The position numbers were made by a program, and so were the translations under genes. The notes beneath the pieces were generated by a model. The model was not told the origin of the DNA, searched no databases, and was given only the letters and a program-made list of their open reading frames with translations. This document shows positions 1-10,756 of a stretch of DNA of 64,000 nt, in pieces; the first letter of the stretch is position 1, and each line of letters opens with the position of its first letter. This DNA is from a candidate division WOR-3 bacterium (GTDB lineage: Bacteria; Hydrothermota; 32-111), in NCBI GenBank assembly GCA_037481815.1, contig JBBFKX010000001.1, positions 32,001-96,000 on the forward strand, written 5' to 3'.

Positions 1-282
1 CTCTTTGGTCAAAAAATCTATATCAGATGATAGATTATTTTTGATCTTATAAAATTTTATTTTCAAATTTTCTTCGAGAAGTGGTCTTAACATCTCTTCA
101 CAAAAGTAGTCAGGGAAAAAAACTTGGTAATCGTTTTCCTTTAAATGGTATGCAACATTTTTTAAAGCACCTCTTCCAGATGAGAAGAAATATTTTTTCT
201 TGAATTCAAAATTTTGAAAAGGTTCTTCAAAATCCTCTTTTAAGTTATCGAAAAGGATTCTTTCACTTCCGACTATTTTCAT
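1..282 (-). CDS. DegT/DnrJ/EryC1/StrS-like PLP-dependent aminotransferase family protein (partial, runs off window start)
   Basis: Not in the ORF track. Manual translation from ATG at 282 gives MKIVGSERILFDNLKEDFEEPFQNFEFKKKYFFSSGRGALKNVAYHL...FFPDYFCEEML; SSGRxAL and PxYxC motifs fit this family. Overlaps the end of the upstream gene. Confidence 0.55.
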   Translation of the reverse strand, partial: MKIVGSERILFDNLKEDFEEPFQNFEFKKKYFFSSGRGALKNVAYHLKENDYQVFFPDYFCEEMLRPLLEENLKIKFYKIKNNLSSDIDFLTKE

Positions 283-1372
283 CTTTAAATTTTACCTTTA
301 TATTCAATTCTTTAAGATATGAAATTATTGTTTTAAATTTTTTCTGATCGAATCCGATGACTTCTGGTGGAACGACCCCTGTTTCAATTTTATTTGTTAG
401 AAGGATGAATGAGAATATTCCGAGAGAAAAGCCGGTTGTTCTTTCCATCGCTGAATGTTTTTCATCTCCTCGATCAACGAGTTCGTAGGTGATTATTTTT
501 TTCCTTTTATTTATTTTCCCTTCACCTATTACCCTTAAAAGCAAGACATCTTTTATCTGAGGATATTTTATACTTTTCAAAATTTCTATCGTTACCTCTT
601 TTGGTTTTTTTCCGTTCAATTCCTCTTTAAAATAACCCAGATCTTTTAAAAATTTTATTTTTTCTATATGTCCTTTATACCTTAAAGTTTTTTCTTCAAG
701 ATTTTTAACATCTTTTAAAGTTTTCAAAAGTGTTCTTAGTCCATCCGTGTAAAAACCTTCAAGTTGTTCAAAACCTTTAAATTTAACATTTTCAAGACCT
801 GTTAAAGGTTCAACGATTTTAATTTTTCGATTTTTTAGAATTTTTACTTCTCTTTCATACTCAGATATAAGATCTTCAGGTGACCATGTTATCGTGTATC
901 CAAGAGGGGGAATATTTTTTTCAGGCATTCCCCCGACATAAATTTTTATACTTTCACATTTTTCAAAACTTTTATATATTCTACCTGCAAAAAGGTTACT
1001 CAAACCAGGTGCTACTCCACCATCTGGAATTATTGTGATACCTGCTTTTTTCGCCTCTTCATCAAGTTCAAAAGGATCATTTTCAGAATATGAAACATCA
1101 ACGATATTCTTTTGTGCAAGGATCGCTCCCTTTTGTGCGATTCTTCCAAGTTTTGCAGGTAATGCTGATATTATCAGATCGAATCCCTCTGAAAGTTTTT
1201 GGATTTTTTCAGGTGAATCGATATTTTCTTTGATCGTTTTAAAACCAAGTTGAGAAAGATAGTTCAGATTTTCATTGTTGATATCTACAAAAGTTACATC
1301 AACATTTTTTTTAAAAAGGAATTCACCACATGCGATTCCCTGCCTTCCTCCACCGAATACTATACATTTCAT
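263..1372 (-). CDS. Saccharopine dehydrogenase / lysine 6-dehydrogenase family oxidoreductase
   Basis: Rossmann start MKCIVFGGGRQG, DGGVAPGLSN, YVGGMP..PLGYTITWS, EKTLRY.GH, AMERTTG. Start moved to ATG 1372, which follows an AAGGAG RBS. Confidence 0.85.
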   Translation of the reverse strand: MKCIVFGGGRQGIACGEFLFKKNVDVTFVDINNENLNYLSQLGFKTIKENIDSPEKIQKLSEGFDLIISALPAKLGRIAQKGAILAQKNIVDVSYSENDPFELDEEAKKAGITIIPDGGVAPGLSNLFAGRIYKSFEKCESIKIYVGGMPEKNIPPLGYTITWSPEDLISEYEREVKILKNRKIKIVEPLTGLENVKFKGFEQLEGFYTDGLRTLLKTLKDVKNLEEKTLRYKGHIEKIKFLKDLGYFKEELNGKKPKEVTIEILKSIKYPQIKDVLLLRVIGEGKINKRKKIITYELVDRGDEKHSAMERTTGFSLGIFSFILLTNKIETGVVPPEVIGFDQKKFKTIISYLKELNIKVKFKDENSRK

Positions 1373-1389
1373 AAAAACTCCTTTTTTTA

Positions 1390-1462
1390 ATTCTATTTCT
1401 TTAACACTATTTGTCAACAACACTTTTATTTTTGTTGACATTTCTCATGATACTGATAACAT
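1390..1462. promoter_or_regulatory. Back-to-back divergent sigma70-like promoters
   Basis: Minus: TTGACA (1412-1417)-16 bp-TAGAAT (1390-1395). Plus: TTGACA (1435-1440)-16 bp-TAACAT (1457-1462), preceded by TGn. Confidence 0.6.
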
Positions 1463-1480
1463 TAAAAAAAAGGAGAAGAT

Positions 1481-1972
1481 ATGAAGGATGAGAGAGATCT
1501 TGTTAAACTGATTTTTGGAATACTTATGGTTTTAATCGGCGGGATGATATTTCTTTCAACATTTTTTAACATTTCGATTCCAATATTTAAAACCGTGGTT
1601 TCCTTTCTTTTAATTTATTTTGGAATCACAATGCTTCTTGGTAAAAGGTCTTTATTCTTTGTAACCGATAAAGTGGATCAGAAAAGAAAAGATTATCTTG
1701 TGCTTTTTTCTTCAAGCCATATAGATGCATCGGAAGTTGAGGGAAAGAAAATTCTGAATGTGGATGTAATTTTAGGTCAGGGTGTTATCTATATAAAAAG
1801 AGGTATGAACTGCAAGATATATGCAACATCAGTTTTTGGACAACTCACTACTCCACATGGAGATAACATAGTTTTTGGAAATAAGGATATGAAAATGGGA
1901 GAAAATCCCGAGGAAGGATTGATCATAATTGCAACTGTTGTTCTGGGAGCACTGGAAATAGTTGAAAAATAG
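1481..1972 (+). CDS. LiaF-like membrane protein (cell-envelope stress response, DUF2154-like)
   Basis: Two N-terminal TM helices followed by a beta-rich domain ending in ..ATVVLGALEI; AAGGAG RBS. Confidence 0.55.
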   Translation: MKDERDLVKLIFGILMVLIGGMIFLSTFFNISIPIFKTVVSFLLIYFGITMLLGKRSLFFVTDKVDQKRKDYLVLFSSSHIDASEVEGKKILNVDVILGQGVIYIKRGMNCKIYATSVFGQLTTPHGDNIVFGNKDMKMGENPEEGLIIIATVVLGALEIVEK

Positions 1973-1977
1973 GAGGG

Positions 1978-2490
1978 GTGTATATGGGACTTCTTCTTGT
2001 AACATTATTTTCAATTGTAATCTTTATCGGTGGAATAAAAATAATTTTTGGCAAGAACAGGGCGCTTGAAAATTTTTTTGATAGTTTTATTCTTATCATT
2101 CTTGGAACATTTCTTCTTTTTTACAACTACACAAAAAATTCTGAAAACTTTTTCTCTTTTAGAGAGGATGAAATAATTTTGAAAAATCAAAACAAAAAAT
2201 ATATTATAATCTTTTCAAAACCTGATCTTGATCTATCATCACTTGAATCTCTAAAAGATTCCCAGGAGTATGAGATAAAAATTTTCTTTTCAAATGTTAA
2301 AATAAAGCAGAATACAACCTCTCCCTTTGATTTTAATATAAAGGGTTTCTTATATTCTTCAAAACTTCATTCCGGGAAAGGATTTTTAACAGGTCAGGTT
2401 GATGAAAACCTATCAGGTGATTCTCTGGATCTTTCTGTTAAGGTAAAATTTAAACTCTATTTCAGTAGTCTGGAATTTTCAAGAGAATAG
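1978..2490 (+). CDS. Hypothetical membrane protein, possibly LiaF-related
   Basis: Two N-terminal TM segments, architecture similar to the preceding gene; AGGAGG RBS; operon context. Confidence 0.5.
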   Translation: MYMGLLLVTLFSIVIFIGGIKIIFGKNRALENFFDSFILIILGTFLLFYNYTKNSENFFSFREDEIILKNQNKKYIIIFSKPDLDLSSLESLKDSQEYEIKIFFSNVKIKQNTTSPFDFNIKGFLYSSKLHSGKGFLTGQVDENLSGDSLDLSVKVKFKLYFSSLEFSRE

Positions 2491-3065
2491 TGTTGAGAAA
2501 ATATTTTGTAGTTTTATTTTCTCTTTTTTATATGTTGATCTTAAATGCGCAGATAAAGGAGGGTAAATTTGCCTTTATCGAAAAAGATAATAAAAAAATT
2601 TTTCAATTAATAGTTGAACAAAAGGTTGATTCTCTGGTGCTTTTTCTGAAGGGTGATAAACTTATCTATTCTGAAAAATATATAGCATCCAACGATTCTT
2701 TTTTTCTTCTCAAAAGAGTTTTTAAAGTTGGACTTTTAACATACGATTTAAACTACTCTCCAATAAGGTTAAGGTTTATCCTTCCTTTTGAAAGAGATCA
2801 GAAATGGGAATATGAGGGAATTGAGAAATCTACAATCCATAAAGCGAAAATAAAATCTTATGGTTTTGTATCTGAGGATGAAACAGGATTCAGAGTTTTC
2901 AATATAACTTTCAGAAATGATTCTCCTGATACTTCGATAATAGAGTTTAACAGGGACTACAAGATAAAAAAAATTTTTATTGAACTGCCAGAAATTTTTC
3001 TGCTCAGACAGTTGTTGGGTTTTAAAACGAATAGATTGGTTTTTGAAAATTATGGAAAAGAATAA
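2490..3065 (+). CDS. Hypothetical exported protein
   Basis: Signal-peptide-like N-terminus ending LNA; overlaps both neighbours. Confidence 0.55.
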   Translation: MLRKYFVVLFSLFYMLILNAQIKEGKFAFIEKDNKKIFQLIVEQKVDSLVLFLKGDKLIYSEKYIASNDSFFLLKRVFKVGLLTYDLNYSPIRLRFILPFERDQKWEYEGIEKSTIHKAKIKSYGFVSEDETGFRVFNITFRNDSPDTSIIEFNRDYKIKKIFIELPEIFLLRQLLGFKTNRLVFENYGKE

Positions 3066-5109
3066 TCTATTTGATAACATCAAATATTTAAAAGGTGTTG
3101 GTCCTAAGATGGCTGAGATTTTGAATCAGATGGGAATATATACAAAATACGATCTTTTAACATATCCTCCTTTCCGATATATTGACAGAAATATTATAGA
3201 AGAGGATAAAATCGAAGATGGAAATTATATAACAATCTTTGCACAGGTTATCGATTGTGGTGAAATTTTTACCAGAAAAAGAAAATATATTTTTCAGGCA
3301 CTCGCAAAAACAAAAAAAGAAAATTATTTTTTTTTAACATGGTTCAACAACAGGTTTATAAAAAACAGTATAAAGAAAGGTGATATAGCACTTTTCAGTG
3401 GAAAAGTTCGTATCAAAAGGGGAGGTTTTGAGATTTTACATCCAGATTTTGAGATTTTTCAGGATGATTTTTTTGAACTCATAAACACAGGGAAAATTGT
3501 TCCCGTCTACCATACAAAATCAAACTTAACTCAAAAATATTTAAGAAAACTTGTTTTCAATCTTCTGAAAAATATCGATCAGATCGAAGAAGATTTGCCT
3601 CCCAATCTTTTAGCACAAAAAAATCTTATCGATTTAACACAGGCAATAAAAAATTTACATTTCCCTGAGAATGAGAAAAAGAAGGATGAAAGTTTGAGAA
3701 GGTTGAAATATGGTGAACTTTTTTATGCCGGATTACTTGTCGCAAAAAGAAAGATTGAAAATAGAGAAAGGAGAGTAGAAAAGAATTATCTTTCAAGCAG
3801 TGTTCTTGTTGATAGATTTCTTTCATCACTTGATTTTGAATTAACAGAAGATCAGAAAAAAGTTGTTGGGGAAATTTTGAATGACCTGAAGAGTGATAGA
3901 CCTATGAACCGACTTTTGATGGGTGATGTTGGTGTTGGTAAAACTGTTGTTGCAACAATTGCGATGCTTTATGCTGTTGATAGTGGTTACCAGACGGCAC
4001 TTATGGCACCAACCGAGATACTCGCTCAACAGCATTACCTTAAAATCAAAAATTGGGTTGAAAATCTTGGAGTTGATGTTGAACTTTTAACATCATCGAT
4101 TACAGAAAATAAGAGAAGATATGAACAGATCAGGAATGGTGATATAAAAATAGTAATTGGAACGCACGCTTTGATCGGTGAAGATGTTGTTTTCAAAAAT
4201 CTGAAATTTGTAATCGTAGATGAACAGCACAGGTTTGGTGTTATCCACAGATCCTCATTAAAGGAGAAAGGTGTTGATGTTGACTATCTTGTTATGACCG
4301 CAACACCTATTCCGAGATCTTTATCTCTTGCGATCTACGGGGATATGGATCTATCGGAGATACGACAGAGACCTTCAATGCAAAAAGAGATAAAAACAAA
4401 ATGGGTTTCTCCAGAAGGGATCGTGAAGATGTATGAATTCATCAGAAAAAGGATTGATAACAGAGAAAGAGTTTTCATCGTTTGTCCTGCTATCGAAGGT
4501 GGCGAAGAGGCTGATTATGAATCAGTCAAGAAGGTTTATGAAAATCTTTCAAAGACATATCTTAAAGGGTATAAACTTGGAATAATCCATTCAAAGTTGA
4601 GTCCAAAAGAAAGGGAAAAAATCATGTATGAACTTAAAGAGGGTGTTATAGATGTTCTCGTTGGGACCACGATAATTGAGGTTGGAATAGATATTAAGGA
4701 AGCAACGGTGATGGTGATCCTTTCTGCTGAAAGGTTCGGATTGTCTCAATTACACCAGTTGAGAGGAAGAGTTGGAAGGGGAGATAAACAATCGTTCTGT
4801 TTTGTTGTCTCATCTGAAGATATAACAGATGATGCTAAAAAACGTCTTCAGGTTTTTTCCAGATACCACGATGGTTTTAAAATCTCTGAATACGATCTGA
4901 AACTGAGAGGTCCAGGTGAAATCTGGGGAAAGAAACAGAGTGGTATACCAGTGTTCAAATTTGCAAACTTTTTTGATGATTTTGATCTGATGAAGGAAGC
5001 GTTTAAAGACGCTGAGGATTTTTTGTATACAGATATGAATCTATTGAAAAAAGAAAATAGGGTTGTTAAAATAAATATTGAGAGGAGATTGAATGAAAAA
5101 GTTGATTAA
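3052..5109 (+). CDS. recG: ATP-dependent DNA helicase RecG
   Basis: LKGVGPK N-terminus, MNRLLMGDVGVGKT, DEQHRFG, MTATPIPR, QLHQLRGRVGRG, DLKLRGPGE. Start at ATG 3052. Confidence 0.97.
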   Translation: MEKNNLFDNIKYLKGVGPKMAEILNQMGIYTKYDLLTYPPFRYIDRNIIEEDKIEDGNYITIFAQVIDCGEIFTRKRKYIFQALAKTKKENYFFLTWFNNRFIKNSIKKGDIALFSGKVRIKRGGFEILHPDFEIFQDDFFELINTGKIVPVYHTKSNLTQKYLRKLVFNLLKNIDQIEEDLPPNLLAQKNLIDLTQAIKNLHFPENEKKKDESLRRLKYGELFYAGLLVAKRKIENRERRVEKNYLSSSVLVDRFLSSLDFELTEDQKKVVGEILNDLKSDRPMNRLLMGDVGVGKTVVATIAMLYAVDSGYQTALMAPTEILAQQHYLKIKNWVENLGVDVELLTSSITENKRRYEQIRNGDIKIVIGTHALIGEDVVFKNLKFVIVDEQHRFGVIHRSSLKEKGVDVDYLVMTATPIPRSLSLAIYGDMDLSEIRQRPSMQKEIKTKWVSPEGIVKMYEFIRKRIDNRERVFIVCPAIEGGEEADYESVKKVYENLSKTYLKGYKLGIIHSKLSPKEREKIMYELKEGVIDVLVGTTIIEVGIDIKEATVMVILSAERFGLSQLHQLRGRVGRGDKQSFCFVVSSEDITDDAKKRLQVFSRYHDGFKISEYDLKLRGPGEIWGKKQSGIPVFKFANFFDDFDLMKEAFKDAEDFLYTDMNLLKKENRVVKINIERRLNEKVD

Positions 5110-6112
5110 ATTTTCGTTTCTATTTTTTTTAGTGATTCTGACCATTTTTTCTATCTCATGTGAGAAAAAGAAAAGGATCAAAGATTTTGCTATAGGAAAA
5201 GTTGAAGAGATTGTTGTAGCAGCGAGTGAACCGGTTTATGCAAATGTTGAAAAAGAGTTGCTCGATGCTTTATACATTCAGATAGATCTTCCGGTAAAAG
5301 AATCGATATTTTATACCGTGTATTCACCTCTTGAAAAACTTCACATACATAAGAAGAACAAAAACATTGTTTTTATCACAAACATCAACAGAACTGATGA
5401 ATATTCAAAAATAATAAATGAATTTTTAAACAAAGATGATATTGAACTTGTAAAGAAAGAAAAGGTCTCCTATTTTAGAGTTTTTGATGGTTTTGCTGAA
5501 GGACAGAATATCCTTATCATAGCGGGAACAGATGAAAATCTGATAAAAGAGTCGATAAAACAGAATAAAGAAAAAATTCAAAAATTCTTTCTTGAAAATT
5601 CATATAGATCTGTTGAGATGATGGTTTATTTCACAGGGGAAAATAAAAGGGTATCCTCTATGATTTATGAAAAACTTGGAATAAAAATAAAAGTTCCATC
5701 GGATTTTCAAACATCTTTCTATGATAAGAATCTTAACTCTTATGCGATAGTTGGCAGATATCCTGATAGGTTTATTACGATTCTGAAAACAAAAGATTTA
5801 AAAAATTTCAACTTTGATTTCATGATAAAAACAAGAAATATGATCGGAAAAGAAAAATATTATGGTGATTTTATTGATACATCTTTTATCCCATTGAAAA
5901 GAGAGGAAGTTGATTTTAAAGGTTTCAAAGCACTCTATATGATGGGAGTTTATTCGAATGATAAAGAAAATTTAGGCGGCCCATTCTTCACATATCTCAT
6001 AAATACGGGAAAAGAACTTGTATATGTTGATGGTCATATCTTCTATCCTGGTGAAAGGAAATATTTCAAACTTATGGAGTTAAAAGCGATAGTCAACACC
6101 TTGGAGTTTTGA
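5093..6112 (+). CDS. Lipoprotein, DUF4837-like
   Basis: Lipobox SISC; C-terminal GGPFFTY...DG..FYPG.RK...ELKAIVNTL pattern. Confidence 0.65.
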   Translation: MKKLIKFSFLFFLVILTIFSISCEKKKRIKDFAIGKVEEIVVAASEPVYANVEKELLDALYIQIDLPVKESIFYTVYSPLEKLHIHKKNKNIVFITNINRTDEYSKIINEFLNKDDIELVKKEKVSYFRVFDGFAEGQNILIIAGTDENLIKESIKQNKEKIQKFFLENSYRSVEMMVYFTGENKRVSSMIYEKLGIKIKVPSDFQTSFYDKNLNSYAIVGRYPDRFITILKTKDLKNFNFDFMIKTRNMIGKEKYYGDFIDTSFIPLKREEVDFKGFKALYMMGVYSNDKENLGGPFFTYLINTGKELVYVDGHIFYPGERKYFKLMELKAIVNTLEF

Positions 6113-6363
6113 TGAAAAAAGTTACCCTTCTTGTCGGGAACTGGTCTAAAGAATCTCAGGAAGTCAAAGAGATCTGGTTGCGGTTAAAAAAAAGTAAAAA
6201 ATTTGAACTTAAAATACTTGATGTTTCAACAAAAGAGGGTGCAGAAGTTATGGATAGATATGAGATCTCTGTAATCCCTATAACTATAATCGATGATGAA
6301 ATCAAATTTATCGGAATACCTGATCTAAAAAAAATAGAGGAGATTTTTGATGAAGAGGATTAG
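6112..6363 (+). CDS. Small thioredoxin/glutaredoxin-fold protein lacking CxxC
   Basis: WSKES at the WCxxC position, then YEISVIP..IID...FIGIP (cis-Pro region). Confidence 0.6.
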   Translation: MKKVTLLVGNWSKESQEVKEIWLRLKKSKKFELKILDVSTKEGAEVMDRYEISVIPITIIDDEIKFIGIPDLKKIEEIFDEED

Positions 6364-7930
6364 TTTTTTTCTTTTTCTGCTGTTGATTTTTCTGTTGTTG
6401 TTCCCTAACGAAAAATCGATGATAGAATCATTGTCTTACCTTTCTTTGAAGACAGAGAACCTTTCAATACCAATCGAAAATCTGAAAAGAGATAGTTATG
6501 CTTTCTTTGTTAACGATCTTTTGTTGAAATATCCTCAAAAAGGGGAAGAGTGTTCTGAAAATTTAAAGTTTTTGATCGAAAACAGAATGTTTTTCAATCT
6601 TTTCGACTATGTTGACAAAGGTAAATTTTCCAGAAAAAATAAAAAATTTGAAAAAGATTTTTCATATTCAACTCCTTTTCTAGATTATGAATATCCTTCA
6701 TTCATTTATGATACTATGATAAACGATTCTGTATATTTTCTTGAAGCAGAAAAGTTTCTGAAAGGTTGTGATTCATATTTTTCAAAAAACGATATAGAAA
6801 TTTTGCTGAGAGAGGTTGACAGGTTGTTTTCGTTCACTCCTGATATCCTTTTAGATTATCTTAAAAAGAATATAGAAAATTATAAAAGAAATGGAGTAGA
6901 GATAATCATCGATAGTTTAAAAGAGGATAATGTTTATTACATCGATAAACCGAATATTTTAATTTTTGATATTGGAGGTAGCGATACATATATAGCAAAA
7001 AAACAAGGATGTCTTGCAACCGGGTTAAAAGGTCTTGGAGGAATAATCGATGTTGATGGAGATGACAGATATTATGGAAAAAGTTTTGACATTGGAACTG
7101 GAGTTTTTGGAGTTGGGTTTGTATGGGATATGAAGGGTAACGATATCTACAAATCAGATTTTGCTAATATCGGTGCTGGTTTTGCAGGTATTGGTTTTGT
7201 TTTCGATGAGGAAGGTAACGATAATTTTATATCTGAAGGTTTTTCCCAGGGATTCGGTTTTACAAAAGGAATCGGATTTATATATGATAAAACTGGAAAC
7301 GATGTGTATCTTGTTCAAAACGGTTGTATTGATCATCGAGAGATGAATTACCATTCACATCTTTCTCAGGGATTCGGGTTTGGTATAAGAGATATCGCAT
7401 CAGGCGGAGTTGGTGTGATTCTGGATCTTCAGGGAAACGATTTTTACAAGGGAGAGTATTTCGTTCAGGGTTCTTCCTACTGGTTTGCTTTAGGGCTCTT
7501 GTACGACAGCACCGGAAACGATGTTTATTCAAGTAGAAGATACAGCCAGGGTGCAGGAACCCATTATACAACAGGTGTTTTGATCGATAGGGAAGGTGAT
7601 GATGCACACTATTCATGGGGAGTTTCACTTGGATGTGGACACGATTTTTCATCCGGGTTTCTGTTCGATTATAAGGGAAACGATGTTTACTATTCTGACT
7701 GGTTGAGTATTGGTGCCGGGAACGCTAACGGTAATGGAATTTTGATAGATTTTGAAGGAGATGATTCTTATTTTTCAAAAAAGCAGGATTGTATGGGTTA
7801 TGGGAATCCAGATAGAAACACTTTTTCGATCGGTGTTCTGTTCGATAAAAAAGGAAACGATCTTTACAATGGCAAAAATCAGAAAACAGGTGTGAAATCT
7901 GAAATGGGAGTATTGATAGATGAAGAGTAA
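6350..7930 (+). CDS. Exported protein with 11 GxGxxxDxxGxDxY repeats (putative Ca-binding beta-solenoid)
   Basis: Signal-peptide-like start; repeats such as IDVDGDDRY, WDMKGNDIY, YDKTGNDVY, LDLQGNDFY, FDKKGNDLY. Confidence 0.7.
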   Translation: MKRISFFLFLLLIFLLLFPNEKSMIESLSYLSLKTENLSIPIENLKRDSYAFFVNDLLLKYPQKGEECSENLKFLIENRMFFNLFDYVDKGKFSRKNKKFEKDFSYSTPFLDYEYPSFIYDTMINDSVYFLEAEKFLKGCDSYFSKNDIEILLREVDRLFSFTPDILLDYLKKNIENYKRNGVEIIIDSLKEDNVYYIDKPNILIFDIGGSDTYIAKKQGCLATGLKGLGGIIDVDGDDRYYGKSFDIGTGVFGVGFVWDMKGNDIYKSDFANIGAGFAGIGFVFDEEGNDNFISEGFSQGFGFTKGIGFIYDKTGNDVYLVQNGCIDHREMNYHSHLSQGFGFGIRDIASGGVGVILDLQGNDFYKGEYFVQGSSYWFALGLLYDSTGNDVYSSRRYSQGAGTHYTTGVLIDREGDDAHYSWGVSLGCGHDFSSGFLFDYKGNDVYYSDWLSIGAGNANGNGILIDFEGDDSYFSKKQDCMGYGNPDRNTFSIGVLFDKKGNDLYNGKNQKTGVKSEMGVLIDEE

Positions 7931-8813
7931 AATTTTGTTTTTGATTTTTTTATTTTCTTCGATAAAAATTTTTCCATCTTTTGAAGAGTTGGTAAAAAAA
8001 CTTGACTATTTCGAGGATTCATTGCAGGTTCAAATCGATTCTACACTTTTATCGGATTACAACGAAAGAACTATCGATTATATGATAGAAAAGTTAAACT
8101 CTCCCGACTGGTTTTTTAAAAATATCTCGATAAGGATTCTTAAAAAAGTTAAAGATAAAGAATCGCTTTTAACAAGACTTCAGGAGAGAAATGTTGATAG
8201 AATTTTTATTATGAAAATTTTTGAAAATGATTCTGGTTTTACACTTTATGATAATTTGAAAATTGAAGATCTGAAAATTTATGAGATAAACACCTATATC
8301 TCTTTTCTTGAAAAAAAGAAAAGATTGAAAACAATTTATGAAATTATAGATAAAAATTATAATGACTATATTGTAGTAAAAGCGTTGCAATCTCTGAACG
8401 ATGCTGGTCTTAAAGATCCGTTTTGCAGAGATGAGATTTTAAAAAACAAAAGAACTATTGAAAACCTGATCGCAAAAAAGAATTTAAGGGTAAACAAAAG
8501 TTTATCTATTTTAATTTCAAATTTTTTTGCTGATTCTATTGAAAAATTTTTTAACTTAAAACAAATAAACGATATTCCAACATTTTCTCTCTATATCGAA
8601 AGTGTAACTTTATCAGGTAAAAAAATTGAACCTGAAACGATCGAAAAATTTTATAATAACTTCAGAACAAAAGATTTTTACTATCTTGATTCTGTTGTTA
8701 AAGAATATTTTCAAACATTTTCAAAAGAAGAACTTGAAAAAATACAAAATAAGGTTGAAAACAAATTTTTAAAAGTTATAATTAAAGAAGTGATAGGGGA
8801 AGATAATGGATAA
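7920..8813 (+). CDS. Hypothetical exported alpha-helical (HEAT-like) protein
   Basis: Signal-peptide-like start, [16 protein letters not shown] pattern; overlaps both neighbours. Confidence 0.5.
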   Translation: MKSKILFLIFLFSSIKIFPSFEELVKKLDYFEDSLQVQIDSTLLSDYNERTIDYMIEKLNSPDWFFKNISIRILKKVKDKESLLTRLQERNVDRIFIMKIFENDSGFTLYDNLKIEDLKIYEINTYISFLEKKKRLKTIYEIIDKNYNDYIVVKALQSLNDAGLKDPFCRDEILKNKRTIENLIAKKNLRVNKSLSILISNFFADSIEKFFNLKQINDIPTFSLYIESVTLSGKKIEPETIEKFYNNFRTKDFYYLDSVVKEYFQTFSKEELEKIQNKVENKFLKVIIKEVIGEDNG

Positions 8814-9273
8814 GAGACCTTCCTGGGATGAATATTTTATGGAGATAACAAAACTTGTTGCTTCAAGAGCAACATGTCTCAGAAGAAAAGTTGGTGCGAT
8901 AATCGTTAAAGATAGACACATCCTTTCTACAGGGTACAATGGACCACCAAAAGGTGTGAAACATTGTGATGAACTTGGTGGTTGTTTGAGAGAAAAATTG
9001 AATGTTCCTTCTGGAGAAAGAATGGAACTTTCAAGAGCGGTTCATGCTGAGCAGAACGCTATAATACAGGCAGCAAAACTTGGGATCAACATCGAGGGTG
9101 CTGATATGTATGTTACAAACCAGCCATGTTTTATCTGTGCAAAGATGATAATAAACGCAGGTATTAAAAGGGTTATAATAAATGAGGGTTATCCTGATAA
9201 GTACGCTGAAGAGATATTGAAAGAAGCGAATGTTGAACTTATAGTTCTGAATACAAAAAAGGAGGAAAAATGA
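8806..9273 (+). CDS. dCMP deaminase / ComEB family zinc-dependent deaminase
   Basis: [36 protein letters not shown] motifs. Confidence 0.92.
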   Translation: MDKRPSWDEYFMEITKLVASRATCLRRKVGAIIVKDRHILSTGYNGPPKGVKHCDELGGCLREKLNVPSGERMELSRAVHAEQNAIIQAAKLGINIEGADMYVTNQPCFICAKMIINAGIKRVIINEGYPDKYAEEILKEANVELIVLNTKKEEK

Positions 9274-10316
9274 AGAGAATTTTATCTTTTGTTCTGGTGA
9301 TCTTTTTGTTGTTTCTGCTCGGTTGTTCACTTGTGGCTATAAAACCTGTAAAGAGTGTTTCTGTTGTTGGAACACCTTATGTTTTATCAACATTTTACAC
9401 TGATGGAAAATTTGTGTTGAACATTCTTGCTCTCGATGGTGACTCAAACCCTGTTGAGTTGAACTCTTCAAATGTTAAGATAATAATCGATTCTGTAGTA
9501 GATTATTATGGAACGAAAACCAAAGGGTTCGATGTAAAAGTTGTAGATTTTCAAAAGATAGTTTTTGAGGACGGAGATATGGGACTCGCGATGCTTTTTG
9601 ATGGTTCAGGTAGTATGTCATCTTCTGATCCATATTGGCTCAGAAAGGATGCTGCGACGAAAATGATAGATTATCTTGCCTCTGACAGGCCTAATTCTAT
9701 GGTTGGAATTTTTGATTTTGCAGTTGGTTATGATACTCTATACTATTTCAGAACTTTGCAGGATTTTGTTGAAGTTGGAACGAACAAAAATCTTTTGATC
9801 GCTGCATTGGATTCACTTGCCAACTCAGGTGCAACACCTCTTTACGATGCGATGGTTTTGGGATGTAGGAAACTTGAAAGGGATATAAACAGTGCTGAAT
9901 ACAACAGAGTTTTGATGACTTTAACAGATGGTGGAGATAACGACAGTTATCTTTTGAACTCAACAGCACAGAGTGTTCTTGCTGAAGCGAAGGCAAAAGA
10001 AGTTACACTGATAAACATCGCTTTCGGTGATTATGCTTATACCCCAGATCTTATGATGCTTGCTGATTCAACAGGTGGAATTTTTGTGAAAGCACAGGTT
10101 GCCGAGGACCTTGAGGATCTGTTCTATCAATTAGGTGTTGGAACGAAGGGAGCAATCCAGAAAGTTACAGCACAGTTTACAGATACGATACCTCCATACT
10201 ATTCAACTGTTTATGGAAGGGTTGAAATCTATAAAGGTGTTTTGCCAGTTCTGAATGTGGTTTCTGCAACATTTAAGATGAATGTAATTTCAACCAAAGG
10301 TAAACTTGAAGATTAA
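9270..10316 (+). CDS. von Willebrand factor A domain lipoprotein
   Basis: Lipobox LLGC; MIDAS motif [17 protein letters not shown]. Confidence 0.85.
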   Translation: MKRILSFVLVIFLLFLLGCSLVAIKPVKSVSVVGTPYVLSTFYTDGKFVLNILALDGDSNPVELNSSNVKIIIDSVVDYYGTKTKGFDVKVVDFQKIVFEDGDMGLAMLFDGSGSMSSSDPYWLRKDAATKMIDYLASDRPNSMVGIFDFAVGYDTLYYFRTLQDFVEVGTNKNLLIAALDSLANSGATPLYDAMVLGCRKLERDINSAEYNRVLMTLTDGGDNDSYLLNSTAQSVLAEAKAKEVTLINIAFGDYAYTPDLMMLADSTGGIFVKAQVAEDLEDLFYQLGVGTKGAIQKVTAQFTDTIPPYYSTVYGRVEIYKGVLPVLNVVSATFKMNVISTKGKLED

Positions 10317-10318
10317 AA

Positions 10319-10756
10319 ATGGCTAACATAAAAAAAGTTTGTGTTGAAAGTTTTTTAAAAGAAAATTTTACAGTCGAGTCAGATATAAGAGGCCATAAAA
10401 TTTTTGTTGACCAGCCAGAAAATATGGGTGGAGTTGACAAAGGTCCAACTCCACTCGAATACCTTTTTGTTTCATTGGGTGGTTGTATCGCATCGATAGC
10501 AAGAATAGTCGCAAATCAAAAAAGGTTGAACATAAAAAATTTGAAAGTGGTTGTGAGTGGTGATATCGATACTGATATTCTTCTTGGGAAATCGAATGAT
10601 AAAAGGCCGGGATTTTTAAAGATCACTGTAAAAGTTTCTTTTGATAGTGATATGACGAAAGAGGAAAAGGAGAAATTTTTAAAGGAAGTTGATTCAAGAT
10701 GTCCGATATCTGACAACATTTTAAATTCAACTCCAGTCGAGATAATCTTAGAGTGA
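10319..10756 (+). CDS. OsmC/Ohr family protein
   Basis: DQPENMGG.DKGPTPLE, LGGC and RCPIS two-cysteine motifs. Confidence 0.9.
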   Translation: MANIKKVCVESFLKENFTVESDIRGHKIFVDQPENMGGVDKGPTPLEYLFVSLGGCIASIARIVANQKRLNIKNLKVVVSGDIDTDILLGKSNDKRPGFLKITVKVSFDSDMTKEEKEKFLKEVDSRCPISDNILNSTPVEIILE

